Origin: Macrostomum lignano
Taxonomy: Eukaryota
DNA: 64,000 nt
Direction: 5' to 3'
Assembly (NCBI GenBank): GCA_002269645.1
Contig: NIVC01002246.1
Location: 1-64,000 of the forward strand
A model generated the notes under the pieces. It was not told the origin of the DNA and did no database searches. It worked only from the letters and a program-made list of their open reading frames with translations. Position numbers and translations under genes: made by a program. How positions within the stretch are numbered: the stretch's first letter is position 1; each line of letters opens with the position of its first letter. This document shows, in pieces, positions 34,899 to 49,200 of the stretch.

Positions 34899-36496
34899 AT
34901 GGCTGGCAGCAGCAGCGACACTAGAGTAGACATCAAGGTTGTGTTGCTAGGCAAAGAGTATGTTGGCAAGACTGCCTTAGTTGAAAGATTTCTACATGAA
35001 CGATTTGTTACTGGGCACACCTATCAGAGCACCATTGGGGCAGCCTATGGTTCTAGGCGAATTAATACCAGCAATAATTTGCCTGTAGTGTTGGGCATCT
35101 GGGACACGGCGGGCTCTGAGCGGTACGAGTCTATGGCCAGAATCTACTATCGAGGCGCTGGGGCGGCCGTCATCTGCTACGACATCACGGATGCTGTTAG
35201 CCTTGAACGGGCCAAATTCTGGACTAGGGAGTTGCAAAAATACGAGGATCGTTGCAAACTGTACTTTTGCGGATGTAAACGCGACTTAGCTGAGGCTGAC
35301 CCAACCTGCAGGCAGGTGGGCGAGGAGGAAGTTGTCGTATTTGCTGAAAGTGAGGCTTTTCACGCATTTTTCATGACACTTTGTGCTCCAGTATCTGAGT
35401 GTGTTCCCGATTTTATTCTATATAAGTGTGCTCAACCTCAATCCGAGTGTGCTCAACCTCAATCCTAGTGTACTCAACCTCAAATCTGAGTGTGCTCAAC
35501 ATCAAATCTGAGTGTGCTCAACTTCAGAGTGTGATCAACCTCACTCTGATTGTGCTCAACCCCATTTGAGTGTGCTCAACCTGAATCCGAGTGTTCTCAA
35601 CCTCAATCTCAGTGTAGTCAACCTCAATTTGAATGTGCTGAAACTCAATCTGAGTGTGCTCAACCTCAATCTTAGCGTGCTCAACCTCAATCTTAGCGTG
35701 CTCAACCCCAATTTGAGTGTGCTCAACCTGAATCCGAGTGTTCTCAACCTCAATCTCAGTGTGCTCAACCTTAAATCTAAGTGTGCTCAACCTCAAATCT
35801 AAGTGTGCTCAACCTCAATCTCAGTGTGCTCAACCTCAAATCTAAGTGTGCTCAACCTCAATCTCAGTGTGCTCAACCTCAAATCTAAGTGTGCTCAACC
35901 TCAATCTCAGTGTGCTCAACCTCAAATCTAAGTGTGCTCAACCTCAATCTCAGTGTGCTCAACCTGAATCCGAGTGTTCTCAACCTCAATCTCAGTGTGC
36001 TCAACCTCAAATCTAAGTGTGCTCAACCTCAATCTCAGTGTGCTCAACCTCGAATCTAAGTGTGCTTAACCCCAATTTGAGTGTGCTCAACCTGAATCCG
36101 AGTGTTCTCAACCTCAATCTCAGTGTGCTCAACCTCAATCCTAGTGTACTCAACCTCAAATCTGAGTGTGCTCAATCTCCCATCTGGGTGTGCTCAAACT
36201 AAATCTGAGAGTGCTCAACCTCGCCGCTTTTCACCATCCATAAAGGCATCGGCGGTCGAGCATTCGAAACGTCGAGCAAAACAGGGGAGAACATCGACCG
36301 GCTGTTCCGTCAGATCGCGGATGATTTCTCCGCCGAGCCGAGCTTATTGAGCAACACCTTCGGCGGCAGCGTCGGGACTGCAGGACCGGCCAACTCGGGT
36401 CACTCGTTCTCCTTGCACCGAGGCGGCGGTAGCAACAGAATTGGCGGAGCCCGAGGCGGAACCGGCGGGTCTTCCAGATGCCCCTGTTCGAACTGA
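34899..36496 (+). CDS. RAB24: Ras-related protein Rab-24, 233 aa, 2 exons
   Basis: Exons 34899-35349 and 36246-36496 (phase 1, A|GC). KVVLLGKEYVGKTALVERF, YQSTIGAAY, WDTAGSERYE, CGCKRDL, FETSSKTG; C-terminal CPCSN. Confidence 0.93.
35390..36225. repeat. Intronic minisatellite, about 21 bp (gtgtgctcaacctcaatctca)
   Basis: Fills the RAB24 intron. Confidence 0.92.
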
Positions 36497-36649
36497 TGCC
36501 GATCGTGTTGAGATATTGGTCGCTCTCTGCAAAGTAGATTACTCTCATGTCCTGAGCCTTTCCTAATGTCTGCTGATATTTTCCAACATCAACGTGCATA
36601 ATAAATAAATCAATTGTTTGTTTGCTTTTTAACTGTGGTTAAAATTTTT

Positions 36650-37440
36650 TGACGCCAACTCTCCCAAATCTCAAAAGTTTGGCGCCAAATCATCTAAATC
36701 CCAAGAGATTATCGCCAAATCTCCCATATCCCATAGTTATGACGCCAAGTCTCCCAAATTCCAAAATCTTGGCGCCAACTCTCCCAAATCCCAAAAGTTA
36801 GGCGCCAAATCTCCCAAATGCTAAAATTTTGGCGCTAACTCTCCCAAATCTCAAAAGTTTGGCGCCAAATCATCTAAATCCCAAGAGATTATCGCCAAAT
36901 CTCCCATATCCCATAGTTATGACGCCAAGTCTCCCAAATTCCAAAATCTTGGCGCCAACTCTCCCAAATCCCAAAAGTTAGGCGCCAAATCTCCCAAATG
37001 CTAAAATTTTGGCGCTAACTCTCCCAAATCTCAAAAGTTTGGCGCCAAATCATCTAAATCCCAAGAGATTATCGCCAAATCTCCCATATCCCATAGTTAT
37101 GACGCCAAGTCTCCCAAATTCCAAAATCTTGGCGCCAACTCTCCCAAATCCCAAAAGTTTAGCGCCCAATCTCCTAAATCCTAAAAGTTTAGCGCCGAAT
37201 CTCCTAAATCCCAAAATTTTGGCGCCAAATCTCCCAAATCTTGAAAGTTTGGCGCCAAATCTCCCAGTCCTAAATGTTTGGCGCCAAGTCTCCCAAATCT
37301 CAAAAGTTTGGCGCCAAGTCTCCTCAATCCCAAAAGTTTGGCGCAAAATCTTCTAAGTCCCGAAATTTTGGCGCCAAAATCTCCCAAATCCCAAATCCAC
37401 ATACCAAATTTCGGCACAATATATTAGTCTTTTGGCGCCA
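36650..37440. repeat. 30-bp minisatellite with a 180-bp higher-order period, core ggcgccaa
   Basis: The 60-nt lines at 36661, 36841 and 37021 are identical, giving a 6x30 higher-order repeat. Confidence 0.9.
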
Positions 37441-38159
37441 CTGCGTCGACAGACCTCATTCGAGCTTTGTTATACTTATAGGATTCAGAGTGTGGCTTCT
37501 ACCCTACCTTAAGCTTTCCCATTCATTCACTACATTGCAGACTTGACATTCAATAAGTGTCAATTGCAATATTCTGCTGTTGAGAATAAACTGCTCATAT
37601 TTGTTTAATGCCCATTGAATTTTATGATCTTCTATCTGTAAGTCTTACTATTTAAGTAGTTTAATTTTTTAAAAATTTTCCACGGATTTGCACTGCAAGA
37701 TTCGGTAGTCTGTTGCACACTGCATGTTCCTTGTATTTTTAATTTCGAAAGACGCTAATTTTGATCGATTACTATTTTGTTATAAGCTGTACTACTAAAT
37801 TTGAATCATGCTACTTACAAAAAGTAGTCACATTTGCGCGCTGTCAAAAGTGTGCTGTTATGTGGTGCTAGACACGAGCTTCATTTTCGTAATTAACTCC
37901 TAAATTAGCTCGTGAATGCTAGTTATTGATTTTTAATTGAACACTGGCTTGCTTTAAAGGTATTGCTTGTGTACAGTTATAGATTGCTACTTGTTGAAAC
38001 AAAAATTAAGAGTTCTTATTCTGATTTGACTCCAATTGGCCCAAATGATTTTGATGTGCCTTGCAATTTATTTTTTTATTCCTCATCTTGCAGAAGACTG
38101 TGCTGTATTAGAGAGGCGCGATAAAGGGAGACAGCGAGACTGGATGGAGAGGGTGACAC

Positions 38160-38572
<413 letters not shown>

Positions 38573-39344
38573 AAACTGGAGAAAGTGAGGCTGGAGGGAG
38601 AGGATGAGGCTGAGGGGAGAGTGTGAGGCTGATAGGAGAGGGTGATACTGCAGAGAGAGGGTGAGGCTGGAGTGAGAAGATGAATCAGGCTAAGATATGT
38701 GGCGGGATTAATCCATGAGACAGTCAAAATCAGTTGAGACAGTCGTGTGACAATTGAGACACTGTGGAGACGCGGAGTCTCCTAAAGCAAAGCTTTTCCC
38801 ATTTTCCATCTCTGTCAAGCACGGACCGGAATTGCCAATGCCAAGTGCCTGGAAGATCCTGCATGCCAGGGAATTGGCAGCAGTGAAGTGAAGCTGCAGC
38901 CTACAGCTGACTGAGTTATTGCAGGCAGACAGTGGGGAAACATCCTGGAGACGCGGGACTCAAGCGTGCAAGGTTGAAGGCTTCAGCTATTTACAGAGTG
39001 AAGCTGCTACAACAATGGCGTGTAACTGAGTGCTTTGAAAATTAGAGGCCTAACTATGTAAGCTGAGTGAGTCTATGTATATAATGGGGAGCTTTGGTTT
39101 GCCATAAGGAGGCGCTCTTGACAAAGCCAAGTCCCGCGAAAAGTCCGCTGCACGCTGCGCGCAGGGATTTAGAAATAATAAATTATTCATTCGAGTAGTC
39201 TGCTGCTATACAGTTTCCCCGCAGTTGGTTCATTTTAAATTCTAAACTGCCCGCGCGATGACGCAAAACTTTTGGTAGTTTGGGCTTAAATAATGGCGTC
39301 GCATGCGGAACTGAGCGCAGTTTAAACGGAGCGAACCAGAGACC

Positions 39345-40622
39345 ATGCGAGCCCCCGACATGCCAGCTGCAGAGGAGCAGCGGCCAGAGCTCTCCTACTC
39401 ACTGGAGGCCAGCTGCTGCGCCAGAACGAATCTGCACAGAAGGCCAAAGAAGACCAAATTGGGGTCTGCCGCTGCCGCTGCTGCTCGACGGCCCGCCACA
39501 GCCACTGCTGCTCAAACGGTCAAGCAGATGCCGAGTTCAGCAACGCAGGTGTCCAAGCCGCCTCCGAAGCAGCAGCAGCAGACGCAGCATCCGCGAGTGC
39601 TGAAACCGCGTCAGGCGCTGCTGCGACTGGAGCGTCGTCTGTCGCGCCGTCCAGATCCCGAGGCGGACGCCTTCGCCACTCCGTGGGCACTCCGGCAGCG
39701 AGCGCGAGCTCTGGACTCCCTCCTGGCGCCGTCGTCCTTCAGCGCAGCTGGGAGCCGCGCCTCATCGGCAGGCAGCTGTCAGCTGTACGGCGTCTGGGAG
39801 CGCGTGCCGATGGGGTCAGCGACGTCTGCAGCTGTCGAAGAACCGGCAACGACATCCGCAATCTCTTCGATGGCTGCCGTTTCAGTTTCAGTTGCTTCGA
39901 CAGCGACTCGGTGTCGAACTGCCGTTGCAAGAACAACGCCAGCCGCTTCTGCTGCAGTCTGTCGCAGCGTCGCTGAAGGCCCAGCGCCGGCTGCTGAAGG
40001 CAGTCGCAACCAACGCGAATGTCGGCCGGCAACAAGTTGCCATCCCAACCGCCGAGGCAGGCCGGTGATCGCTTTGGTCGACTTTGTTGCGTCCGCTGCG
40101 GTCCGAGTGAAGAACTTCAGCTTCCCTGCTGAGTCACCTCCAGCAGCTGCAACCTCTGCCTCGACGCGACCACAGGAGCAACAGCAGCAGCACCCCCTGG
40201 GATTTACTCCCAGCCTGCTGGGTAATCAGCAGGCCCTATCCGGCGCCGCGTCTTTGTCGCGGGGGGGAGGCAACGCCCGTTCTTCGGGCGGCGAAGAGCG
40301 CCGGGAATCGGTCACCGCTCCTGGCTCAGGGGCGGTGGATGTGGCTCGGTCCGGCCCTCTGTGCTCAGCCTTTGTCGCTGGCTCTGTCAGCGGTAGGGGT
40401 TTGGTACCTGGTCCGGTTATTCCGAGCTCGGTCCGCAGTCAACAACAACAACAGCAGCAGCAGACTTCGCTGCGCCCAGTACGTCGACCGGCGAGCTTCG
40501 ACCGATGCTGGGTGTCCGCGCCCGCTGCCGCCGCGGATTCTGGAGAGACGCCGTCTTCTTCAAGGTTGCCGCGCCACCAGAGACTGGCAGCGACTCTGGC
40601 GATCAACAGTTTGAAATCTTAG
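39345..40622 (+). CDS. Intronless low-complexity (Ala/Ser/Gln/Pro-rich) hypothetical protein, 425 aa
   Basis: 1278-nt ATG-to-stop ORF in a GC-rich block with a composition like the neighbouring exons. No recognisable domain. Confidence 0.55.
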   Translation: MRAPDMPAAEEQRPELSYSLEASCCARTNLHRRPKKTKLGSAAAAAARRPATATAAQTVKQMPSSATQVSKPPPKQQQQTQHPRVLKPRQALLRLERRLSRRPDPEADAFATPWALRQRARALDSLLAPSSFSAAGSRASSAGSCQLYGVWERVPMGSATSAAVEEPATTSAISSMAAVSVSVASTATRCRTAVARTTPAASAAVCRSVAEGPAPAAEGSRNQRECRPATSCHPNRRGRPVIALVDFVASAAVRVKNFSFPAESPPAAATSASTRPQEQQQQHPLGFTPSLLGNQQALSGAASLSRGGGNARSSGGEERRESVTAPGSGAVDVARSGPLCSAFVAGSVSGRGLVPGPVIPSSVRSQQQQQQQQTSLRPVRRPASFDRCWVSAPAAAADSGETPSSSRLPRHQRLAATLAINSLKS

Positions 40623-41199
40623 GACTTTCGGTTTTAAATCAATCATGCATCGATCCGGTTAATTGAGCTGCGGCAACATCATCTTGCATGAACAGTCTCG
40701 TTCAAATCACCTGTCGAATTGTTGATTGTTGAAGTTTGATGTCGACGTGATGGAAACTTGGAAAGTAATATTCACGATTTTCTTTCCTAGAAGAGGCAGG
40801 AAATCAACCTTCCTCGTGAAGTTGAAGATTAAAAAAAGAAGCTGCATAACTCCAGTACTCGATCGGTACTGATCGACTTTGTAGATGCTCGCGGAAATGA
40901 GTAAACACTCGCCCAACCCTGTTCCTGCTATTTGCTATACATGTACTTTGCAAACTGCATACATGCAGTAAGTACACCTGCTCTACGCACGGTAGTTTTC
41001 CACGCATTGTCATGCATTATCATTATACATTTTAATGCTAAAACCGAGTGTTCGTGAAAAGTTCGCATGCTATCGAGATTTTTTAAAAGTTAAAATGCGT
41101 ACATTCAGAGCCTCTCATGCGGCGCCAAAATGACGACGACTCCGATTCTTAAAATAATGTAGACATTAGACATGTAGGGGGGGGAGGCTGCACAAGCGC

Positions 41200-41940
41200 C
41201 AATTTTCATAAGCGCTAACTCACCTACTTTCACAAGCGCTAAACTTCATAACCGCTAACTCACTTCATAAAAGCTACAAATTCGCCACCTACTTTCACAA
41301 GCGCTAAAATTCACAACCGCTAAAACACAAATGTCGCCTACTTTCACAAACGCTAAACTTCATAACCGCTAACTCACTTCATAAAAGCTACAAATTCGCC
41401 ACCTACTTTCACAAGCGCTAAAATTCACAACCGCTAAAACACAAATGTCGCCTACTTTCACAAGCGCTAAACTTCATAAAAGCTACAAATTCGCCACCTA
41501 CTTTCACAAGCGCTAAAATTCACAACCGCTAAAAGACAAATGTCGCCTACTTTCACAAGCGCTAAACTTCATAATAGCTACAAATTCGCCACCTACTTTC
41601 ACAAACGCTAAATTTCACAAGCACTAAACTTCAGAATAGCGTAACCACCTACTTTGACAAGCGCTAAACTTCAGAATAGCGTAACCACCTACTTTGACAA
41701 GCGCTAAACTTCAGAATAGCGTAACCACCTACTTTGAGAAGCGCTAAACTTCACAAGCGCTAAACTTCGGAATAGCGAAACCACCTATTTTCCTACGATT
41801 TTAAAGGTTAGCGTTTGTGAAGTTTAGCGCTTGTGATAGTAGGCGGCAAATTTTAAGCTATTATGAAGTTTAGCGCTTGTGAAATTTAGCGTTTGTGAAA
41901 GTCAATGTCGTTAGCGGTTATGTTGCGCTTGTGAAAGCGA
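41200..41940. repeat. Tandem array (tttcacaagcgctaaac..) with an inverted copy; small foldback-like MITE
   Basis: Direct units at 41200-41790, and reverse-complement units (gtttagcgcttgtgaa) at 41805-41935. Confidence 0.7.
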
Positions 41941-43228
41941 CCCGTAGGGAAGGGGGGTTGCTGCGCCGAAACAGAGCAGCGCAGTCACACAAAATTCCAG
42001 AACACGGCCTAACTTCTTGTTGTGCACCTTCTCAAGCAAGAATCAAGTCGCCAGCCCTCTGGGACTTTTTCCCTTCGTTCGTGTATTCAGTGCACCCCTG
42101 TGCGCCAATCAGCACTGCGCCTCGGTGCAGCCTTGCCAAGCCTCCAAATTTCATCAGCACGTCGACCACGTGTCTGCATCAGGTCGGACTTCGTTGTTCA
42201 ACTGGTATTTCACCCAGACGGAGCTTCTGAAGTCTGGATCTTCAACAGGTGGCACCTGGTGACTATGGACACGCTGTTGCAAACTTCTCGAGTTTCGCTG
42301 ATCAAGCCTCAACTGTTGGACATCTTCAGCCAGTCTCTCAAGCATTCAGTCGTCACTCCGACGCCGTCGGCACCTTCAACAGACGACACCAAGCGACTAT
42401 ATGGACATCCTGTTGCAACTATGTCGGATTTTTCTTATCAAGCTTCAATAATGGGCAAACCTCAACTGCTAGACATCGACAGCTAGTCTTTCAAGTATAT
42501 TTCAAGCGTATCACAAAGTGATTTGTTAGAAAAATATTAAAGCCAGAAGATAATTGAGCATATTTTTTGTTGAATGAAAATTCAATGAAATTATGTATTA
42601 AAGCCCATGCTAAATATAAAAAGTTTATTTAATTAAGGTATCACTGAGAATATTTGTACGTACATAGTTGAGAAATTTGTTGAAACGATTCAAAACAAGA
42701 AGCGCGTATGTCATACTATGCCCTTATTATAAACCTTTTTTAGAAACTAAAGAAGCAGATATAACAACTTGCATTTTTAATATATGACACAATACAATAA
42801 AAGTAAACAAAATTATGCTGCCTACCAAAGTCAGACATTTGGAATGAGAATATTTAAAATAAAATATTACTACTTATTGGATAATAAGTAAAAGTGTACC
42901 TGACGATTAGTTAGGAACATTTCCAGTTGATTATTAAAATCATTATGTGGAGATTTTAGTTTTTTTTGTATTTGTGAAATTTTAAGACAAAGTACACGTT
43001 CAACCCAGCTAATTAAGCCAATTTTTACACGCCTAATTAAAAAATTATGAAACACACAATAAAACCGATATTATTTAAGTAATTTTATTTGACGCTGAAT
43101 AAATAAATGATAAATGAGTAGTATCGATATCAAATGGGAAAGCTAGCACACTTTAAAAAAGTTGTACATGCCACACAACTGTCGCTTGAGTTTCACTTTA
43201 TTAATTAGACTAATTTAGTAATTGTGCT

Positions 43229-46200
43229 TCACTTCTTGCCCTTGAGGAAGGCTTTGCCTTCTTTAGCGGTGGCCTTCATTGTGCCGGCGCGCTTTGTGGC
43301 CGGCTTCTTGGCCACAGGGGCTGGGCGGGCCTTGCGAGTGCGCAGCTTGCGCTCGCCAGAGGTGCCCACATCCTGCAGTGGAAATTATTCTTATTTAGAA
43401 ATGGTTACTAAGCCAGGCTGTTGGCTGAAACCAGGCACTGAACTTACATGACCCAAGTAGGCCTTGGCCTCGTCAGCAACCTTCTGGACAGTGGAAGACC
43501 GCTTGATTTTGGTCTTCTTAATCACATTGGTCACTGCTCTGGTGTCGCCAAGCGTAGACTTCTCCTTGCCCAGAATTTGCTTGGCTTGCTGTTGAAATGT
43601 GCAAAAGGTTGTTGGGTCATGCCTTATTAATTATATTCATAAATGCTTACTAAGCTGTTTATATAATTATTTGTATGATGATTCTATTCCAGAAAAATGT
43701 TGCCTTAGTGTTTTAGATGCAACTCAGTACTTTCTATATTAGGGTTTTGTTTAGAATCTTTCAGGCTATTTTGCCTGCTTTGCAGACAACTGACATTTTT
43801 GCTGCTCACAAAGCATGGAGCACACTCGTGCTTTGTCCATTATTTAATTCCACAACATAGCATTTTTACCCAAGGCACCAATCAATTTAATGCACTTTTG
43901 AGCGGCCATTAGTTCACTCTTCATTTGATTTGATTGGGTAGGTGAACTGATTGGTCACTTGGGCAGAGATTATAATGTACGGTACGTTGATTCTATGTGG
44001 CAAGGCACCATTAAATTGAAAATCAGATATAAGATAATAGGCAAGTCTTTAACTCATTTATAAATTTTAATTGGATTAATAAAGCCATAGCAGTATGCCT
44101 GCTCTTATCAATTAAAAAATCTACTAGTGAAGTTGCTAAATGGTTTAATAATGGCTGGTTTAACGCGCCATTGTGTCTGGGTAAGAGGTCTTTACAATGA
44201 CTTGGGCTAATATTAGCATGCAGCAATTTAAAATTTTAATACTTAATAGGTCATAACATATTTTGACTTCAAGTTACTACAACCTACTAAATATATGCAT
44301 AGTTAAATGTATGACTAATTGCAATTTGTCAATAAAAGAGATATAACAATAAATAGAAAATAAACAAATCTAGAAAATAAAAAATGCAATACTTCCTTTT
44401 TAACTGTTTATTATTTGCAACTAGCACCAGTGCAAGTTGTCAGTAGTAGCAACTCAGTTAATACTATTTTAGTTGTTAGCAATAGCTACTATATGTAGCA
44501 TGCAACAATGTAGTGAGGTAGAAATTTTTAGCCACAATAGTATAACCACACAAATAGGCATGTTGCCTTCCCATTCTCTAGATATTCTGTTTACCTAAGT
44601 GTATTGCCTTATCTCCCATTTAAAAATTCTTTCTACCTAGACATTTTACTTATGCCCCAGGCATTTTTGCTATCCCTTACTAAGATTCCTTTGACTATTA
44701 GACATTCTGCCTTCTTACTCAATTCCCTATTAGGTGTCTTACTCTCCTTGCTAGCATTCTCCATTAGATAAAAACTTTAGGATAGTGCACTTCTTTTCTA
44801 GGCAACTATGGTTTATCACATAGCCTATTTTCTTCCTCTCTTCCCTAAACTGAATGTAACTGAGTTAAACAATGTCTTGCCACTTGGACACTAAAGCTAC
44901 TAGAATATTAATTGAACTTACTCTTTATAGTAAATATATACAAGAAATTTTCTATTTTAAACTCCTCCAAGAAATCCCATAATTCCCCATAACAATTGTG
45001 GGATTTATAAGTCATAAACTCTCCCTAGAGCCACACTCTAGATCATGTAGTATATGCCCAAAAATTTGGGGATGCATTGTCCTTGCATGCCAAAAGTAGG
45101 CATGCACAGTTAGCATGCATCACTCCTAAGAAAATAGTATGCCTGCACACCTGGTGTGCACTTTAAAGAATCATGCAAAAGAGTTAGTATTAAGAAGAAA
45201 ATATAAGAAACGTTCATTTTTAAGTGTAAATTTCAAGCTTTCTAGGTTTCAAAGCTTATAATAAGGCATTTAAACAAATCTTTGCATATAACAATTTCTG
45301 GTATAAATAGTATTGCTAAAAAGCATAAAAATCAACCAAGTTATCTGCCAAAAAGGTTGTCTTACATAATTCAAAAAGGTCATCTATTTTCACAACATAA
45401 AAAGGTCATTTATTGTTGCAACATTGGCATAATTTTGGGAATGGGCATGCACTTAATTTTTTGGCATGCATTGGTAATTATTTAATTTTTGTTCATGCAT
45501 GCACCCAGCATGATTTGGACTATGGCTATGCCAATTTTTTAAAGAATTTTTTTTAATAAATATAATAGTTTTTATTAAACTCTTAAATGCCTGTTCTTTG
45601 CTAAAAACTAAAATTCTTTGTTTTAATTTTATTTTTCTCATTGTGTGAATATTTTTGCAAATATAATTTTTGTTTAAATCTACACATAAATTTAGTAGAA
45701 ATAGAATCAATTTTCAGCGGAGGAAAGACCAACCTTGTGCACTGCAGTTTAGTAAGGAAGTTTGTAGCAAATAAGAGTTCTAAGCAAATATATATAAAGC
45801 AGTTTTCCCAAGTTGATTTATTTTCTCAAGTAAAGTGAAAAAATTGGAAGCATACACAATATATACTACTGAGAAGTGGAGGTGCTAAGTAGAAATCAGT
45901 ATCTCAGTAACGCCTAGAACTGGAAATATATTAACATAAAGTATATATTGCATATAACAGTAGACTATATACACCACTTAGGCTAGAATAATAGTAAACA
46001 TTACTAGAATAATAGTAAAATGCTATTAGAATAACAGTAGAATGCGACTTGTAAGGATTAGGCTCTAACTAATATTCAAAACAATTCTTAAACTAATACT
46101 TAGACCTATGCTTAGATAAATATTCAGATAAATACTTAGACCCCAGGATGGAATTTTTGTACAAAATCTTGGATGCATTCTGTATGCGCTAACAAAAACT

Positions 46201-49200
46201 TGCGCACTTGCATGCATATTTCTAGCAAACTTGCGCAACTTTAAAAAGCTTACATGTGTGCAGCTTAATATTCTAAAAAATCTTGCATAATTTCATTTAA
46301 ATTTTGAATATTGCACTTGTTACAGTAAAACAAAGTTATTACAAATTAAAAAACAAAGCTACTAGAAACTACATTAAACTAAAAAAGAATAATATTATAT
46401 ATTATTAAAGATTTATTTAAACTTTAATAGGACATTGTAAAAAAGTTGCTAAGAAATTCAAGAAGCAAAAAATTGTGCATTCAGCAGGTAAAACACTTGC
46501 GCAAAGAAATTGCGTGCAACTTTTTGTTCCAAACTTGTCATGCAAAGATTCCATCCTGGCTTAGAACTATACTAAAAACTTTTCTCATAATTATTTTAGG
46601 AATAGGATAATAAATTTATAATAGAATAGTCTTGGTGGCAGCTTTTTAGGATATTTAGGCCTATAGGGTGAGAAGTAGCACTCCTAGTGCAACTTTGGTA
46701 GCATTGGTACAATTTCTAAAAGAGGTTAATATTTTCTATTTTAGTTTTTAATTATTTTCAAAGAGATTTTGTTGGTTGATATTAAATACAGGGGCCTTTT
46801 CATATTACCAATTCCAGAACCAGAATTGGTTCGGAATTCCAAGAAAAACAGCAGTATAACTATTAAACTCTATTAATATTTGACTGCTTTAACAGCCTCA
46901 CTTTGCACAATTTTTTCACTTTCTTCTTGGCAATTGTCATTCAATAATAAAAACTTTATAGCAGGTATCTCGCTCTAGTTATGGAGACAAAAAGTTTTAC
47001 TTCACAAATTGGTTCTGGTTCTGGAACCAGAACAAGCAATAAGAAAAGGCCCAAGATTAAATTAGCCCTGAACTTGGCTATTTTATTGTATGCCAACTGT
47101 TTATACTTTATATTGAAATGACCCACATTGGAATTCCAACTCCAACTCCAAATTCATGAAAAGATAAAAAAAAATTCAAATCCTACAAAAGCTAACTGTA
47201 TGTCTAAATCTGTGATAATCAGATGATAAAAAACAACTGTTTTCTACATTTTTGTAACTTTTCAGTCATATTCATTCATTCATCTTGTTGCTATTGATCT
47301 TCAGTTTAAAATAGATGATATAAATTTAATAATTTCTGTATATTTATAGACTCTATTAAAATGTTTGAAGACCTGGCCTGCACTCAAAACTGAAAACTAA
47401 TTTAGAGTTAAAGTGAAAATAAAAAATAACAAAAGAAATTTACATTTATTTGCAATTTCTGCAAGATTCATGTATCCAACTTGGAGTTATTGACCTCTAG
47501 TTTGAAATGAACATTTAAATGCATACATTTAGTACATTTTCAATATGAAACCAAGTTTAAAAATCTAGTCTGCACTCAAAACTGAAAACTAATTTGGAGT
47601 TGAAGTGAAAATCAAAAATAACAAAAGAAATCTACATTTCTGTGCAATTTCTGCAAGATTCATGCATCCAACTAGGAGTTATTGACCTCTAGTTTGAAAT
47701 GAATGTTTAAATGCATAAATTTTAGTGCATTAACAGTATGAAACTAAAAGTTTGAAAATCTGGTCTGCACTTACAACTGAAAACTAATTTGGAGTTAAAG
47801 TGAAAATTAAAAATAATAAAATAAATCTACAAATAGTTTTCTACAGATTTGTGCGTCTTCTCCACAATGAATGAAAGTGGCAGGAATATGAAATTGAAGT
47901 CTCCAGTTACAGACTTAATTCTCTAGAGTATTCTAAGTATTGGGAGAAAATACTTCCATACAACCTTGACCATTACATTGTGCAGTCAGATATACATTTT
48001 TAAAAGTCACTGTTTGTACAGTGTGTGGGTTTCTAATTTCCCACATTACTGACATCCACTGTAATTTGGTTTCTACTAAAGTTTACCACAAGCCCACTTT
48101 CACGAACTTTATGCTTAATTTTGGAGCTGTGTGTCCCAGACAGTGGAAAGTTGGCCTTGATTCGTTGTTTGTTGCACAGGGCCTACATGGTTTGCAGCTC
48201 CTGGACCAATCTCAACATTGAAGTTAACAATCTCACCAAAATTCTGAGAATGAATCAATTTCCCAAGAATGTCATTTGCAGTGAAATCAATAGATTTATC
48301 TCTAATAAAATGACAAACAAACTGAGTTTTGCTTCTGATAAGGATGTGTTAAAAACTTGCCTGACCATGGTCTTGCCTTTCTATGGCAACTGCTCTAACC
48401 TGTTGAAGAAGAAAATTGAGAAAAGCTTCCGTAAATTCTTTAACACACCTATTAAGATTGTTTTCCGCACTGCTAAGGTCAGCCAATATGTTAGTAGACT
48501 GAAATCCCATGTTCCTCTTGCTCTGGCAGCAGGTGTTGTGTATAAGTTCTCTTGTTCTGTTGACCAGAACATTACCTATATAGGTAAAACTAAAAGGCAC
48601 CTGTACACCAGAGTCAGAGAGCATTGGTTAAAAAGGTCGGCTATCCAAGACCAAGACCACCTGCTCTGTTGCAACAGTTGTTGCAAAATTGAGCAAACTC
48701 AGCAGTTTAAAATTATTGATCAGTGTAGAACTGATTTTAGGCTCAACATACTTGAATCCATGTACATTAAAGACCAAAAAACCTAATCTGAATATTCAAC
48801 TCTCCCATAGTGGTGCAGGCCATTTGCTCAAGGTTTTCTAAGTAAAGGCACTAGTCTGAACAATGTACTTGCAATCTATGCTTAACATTTTTTGGAAAAT
48901 TCTGCCCATGACATGCCCTTTGGACTGTACAGTTAACATTTGTTCACTTATAAAGTTGTTGTGTGAGTTAAAAATACACCAGACCCTGAAGATGGTCATT
49001 GTTGGACCGAAACACATTGGAAGAAAGAATTTATTATAATCTATGTTGATTTTAACTTTTGTAGTCATCAAATTGTGTTAAAAGTTAATATGAATTAAAT
49101 ACTATTTGAACAAATTGCAGGACTAGTTACAGCAAGTCTTGCTGCAAAACCCACCATGATTTGCATGTAGCTGGAGAAGTAGTTCCAGTTGTTGGGGGAA

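Noticed and set aside
35313-35468. RAB24 as a single-exon 190-aa ORF
   Set aside because: The tail of that ORF reads into the intron. The donor at 35350 and acceptor at 36245 restore the G5 motif FETSSKTG and the C-terminal cysteines.
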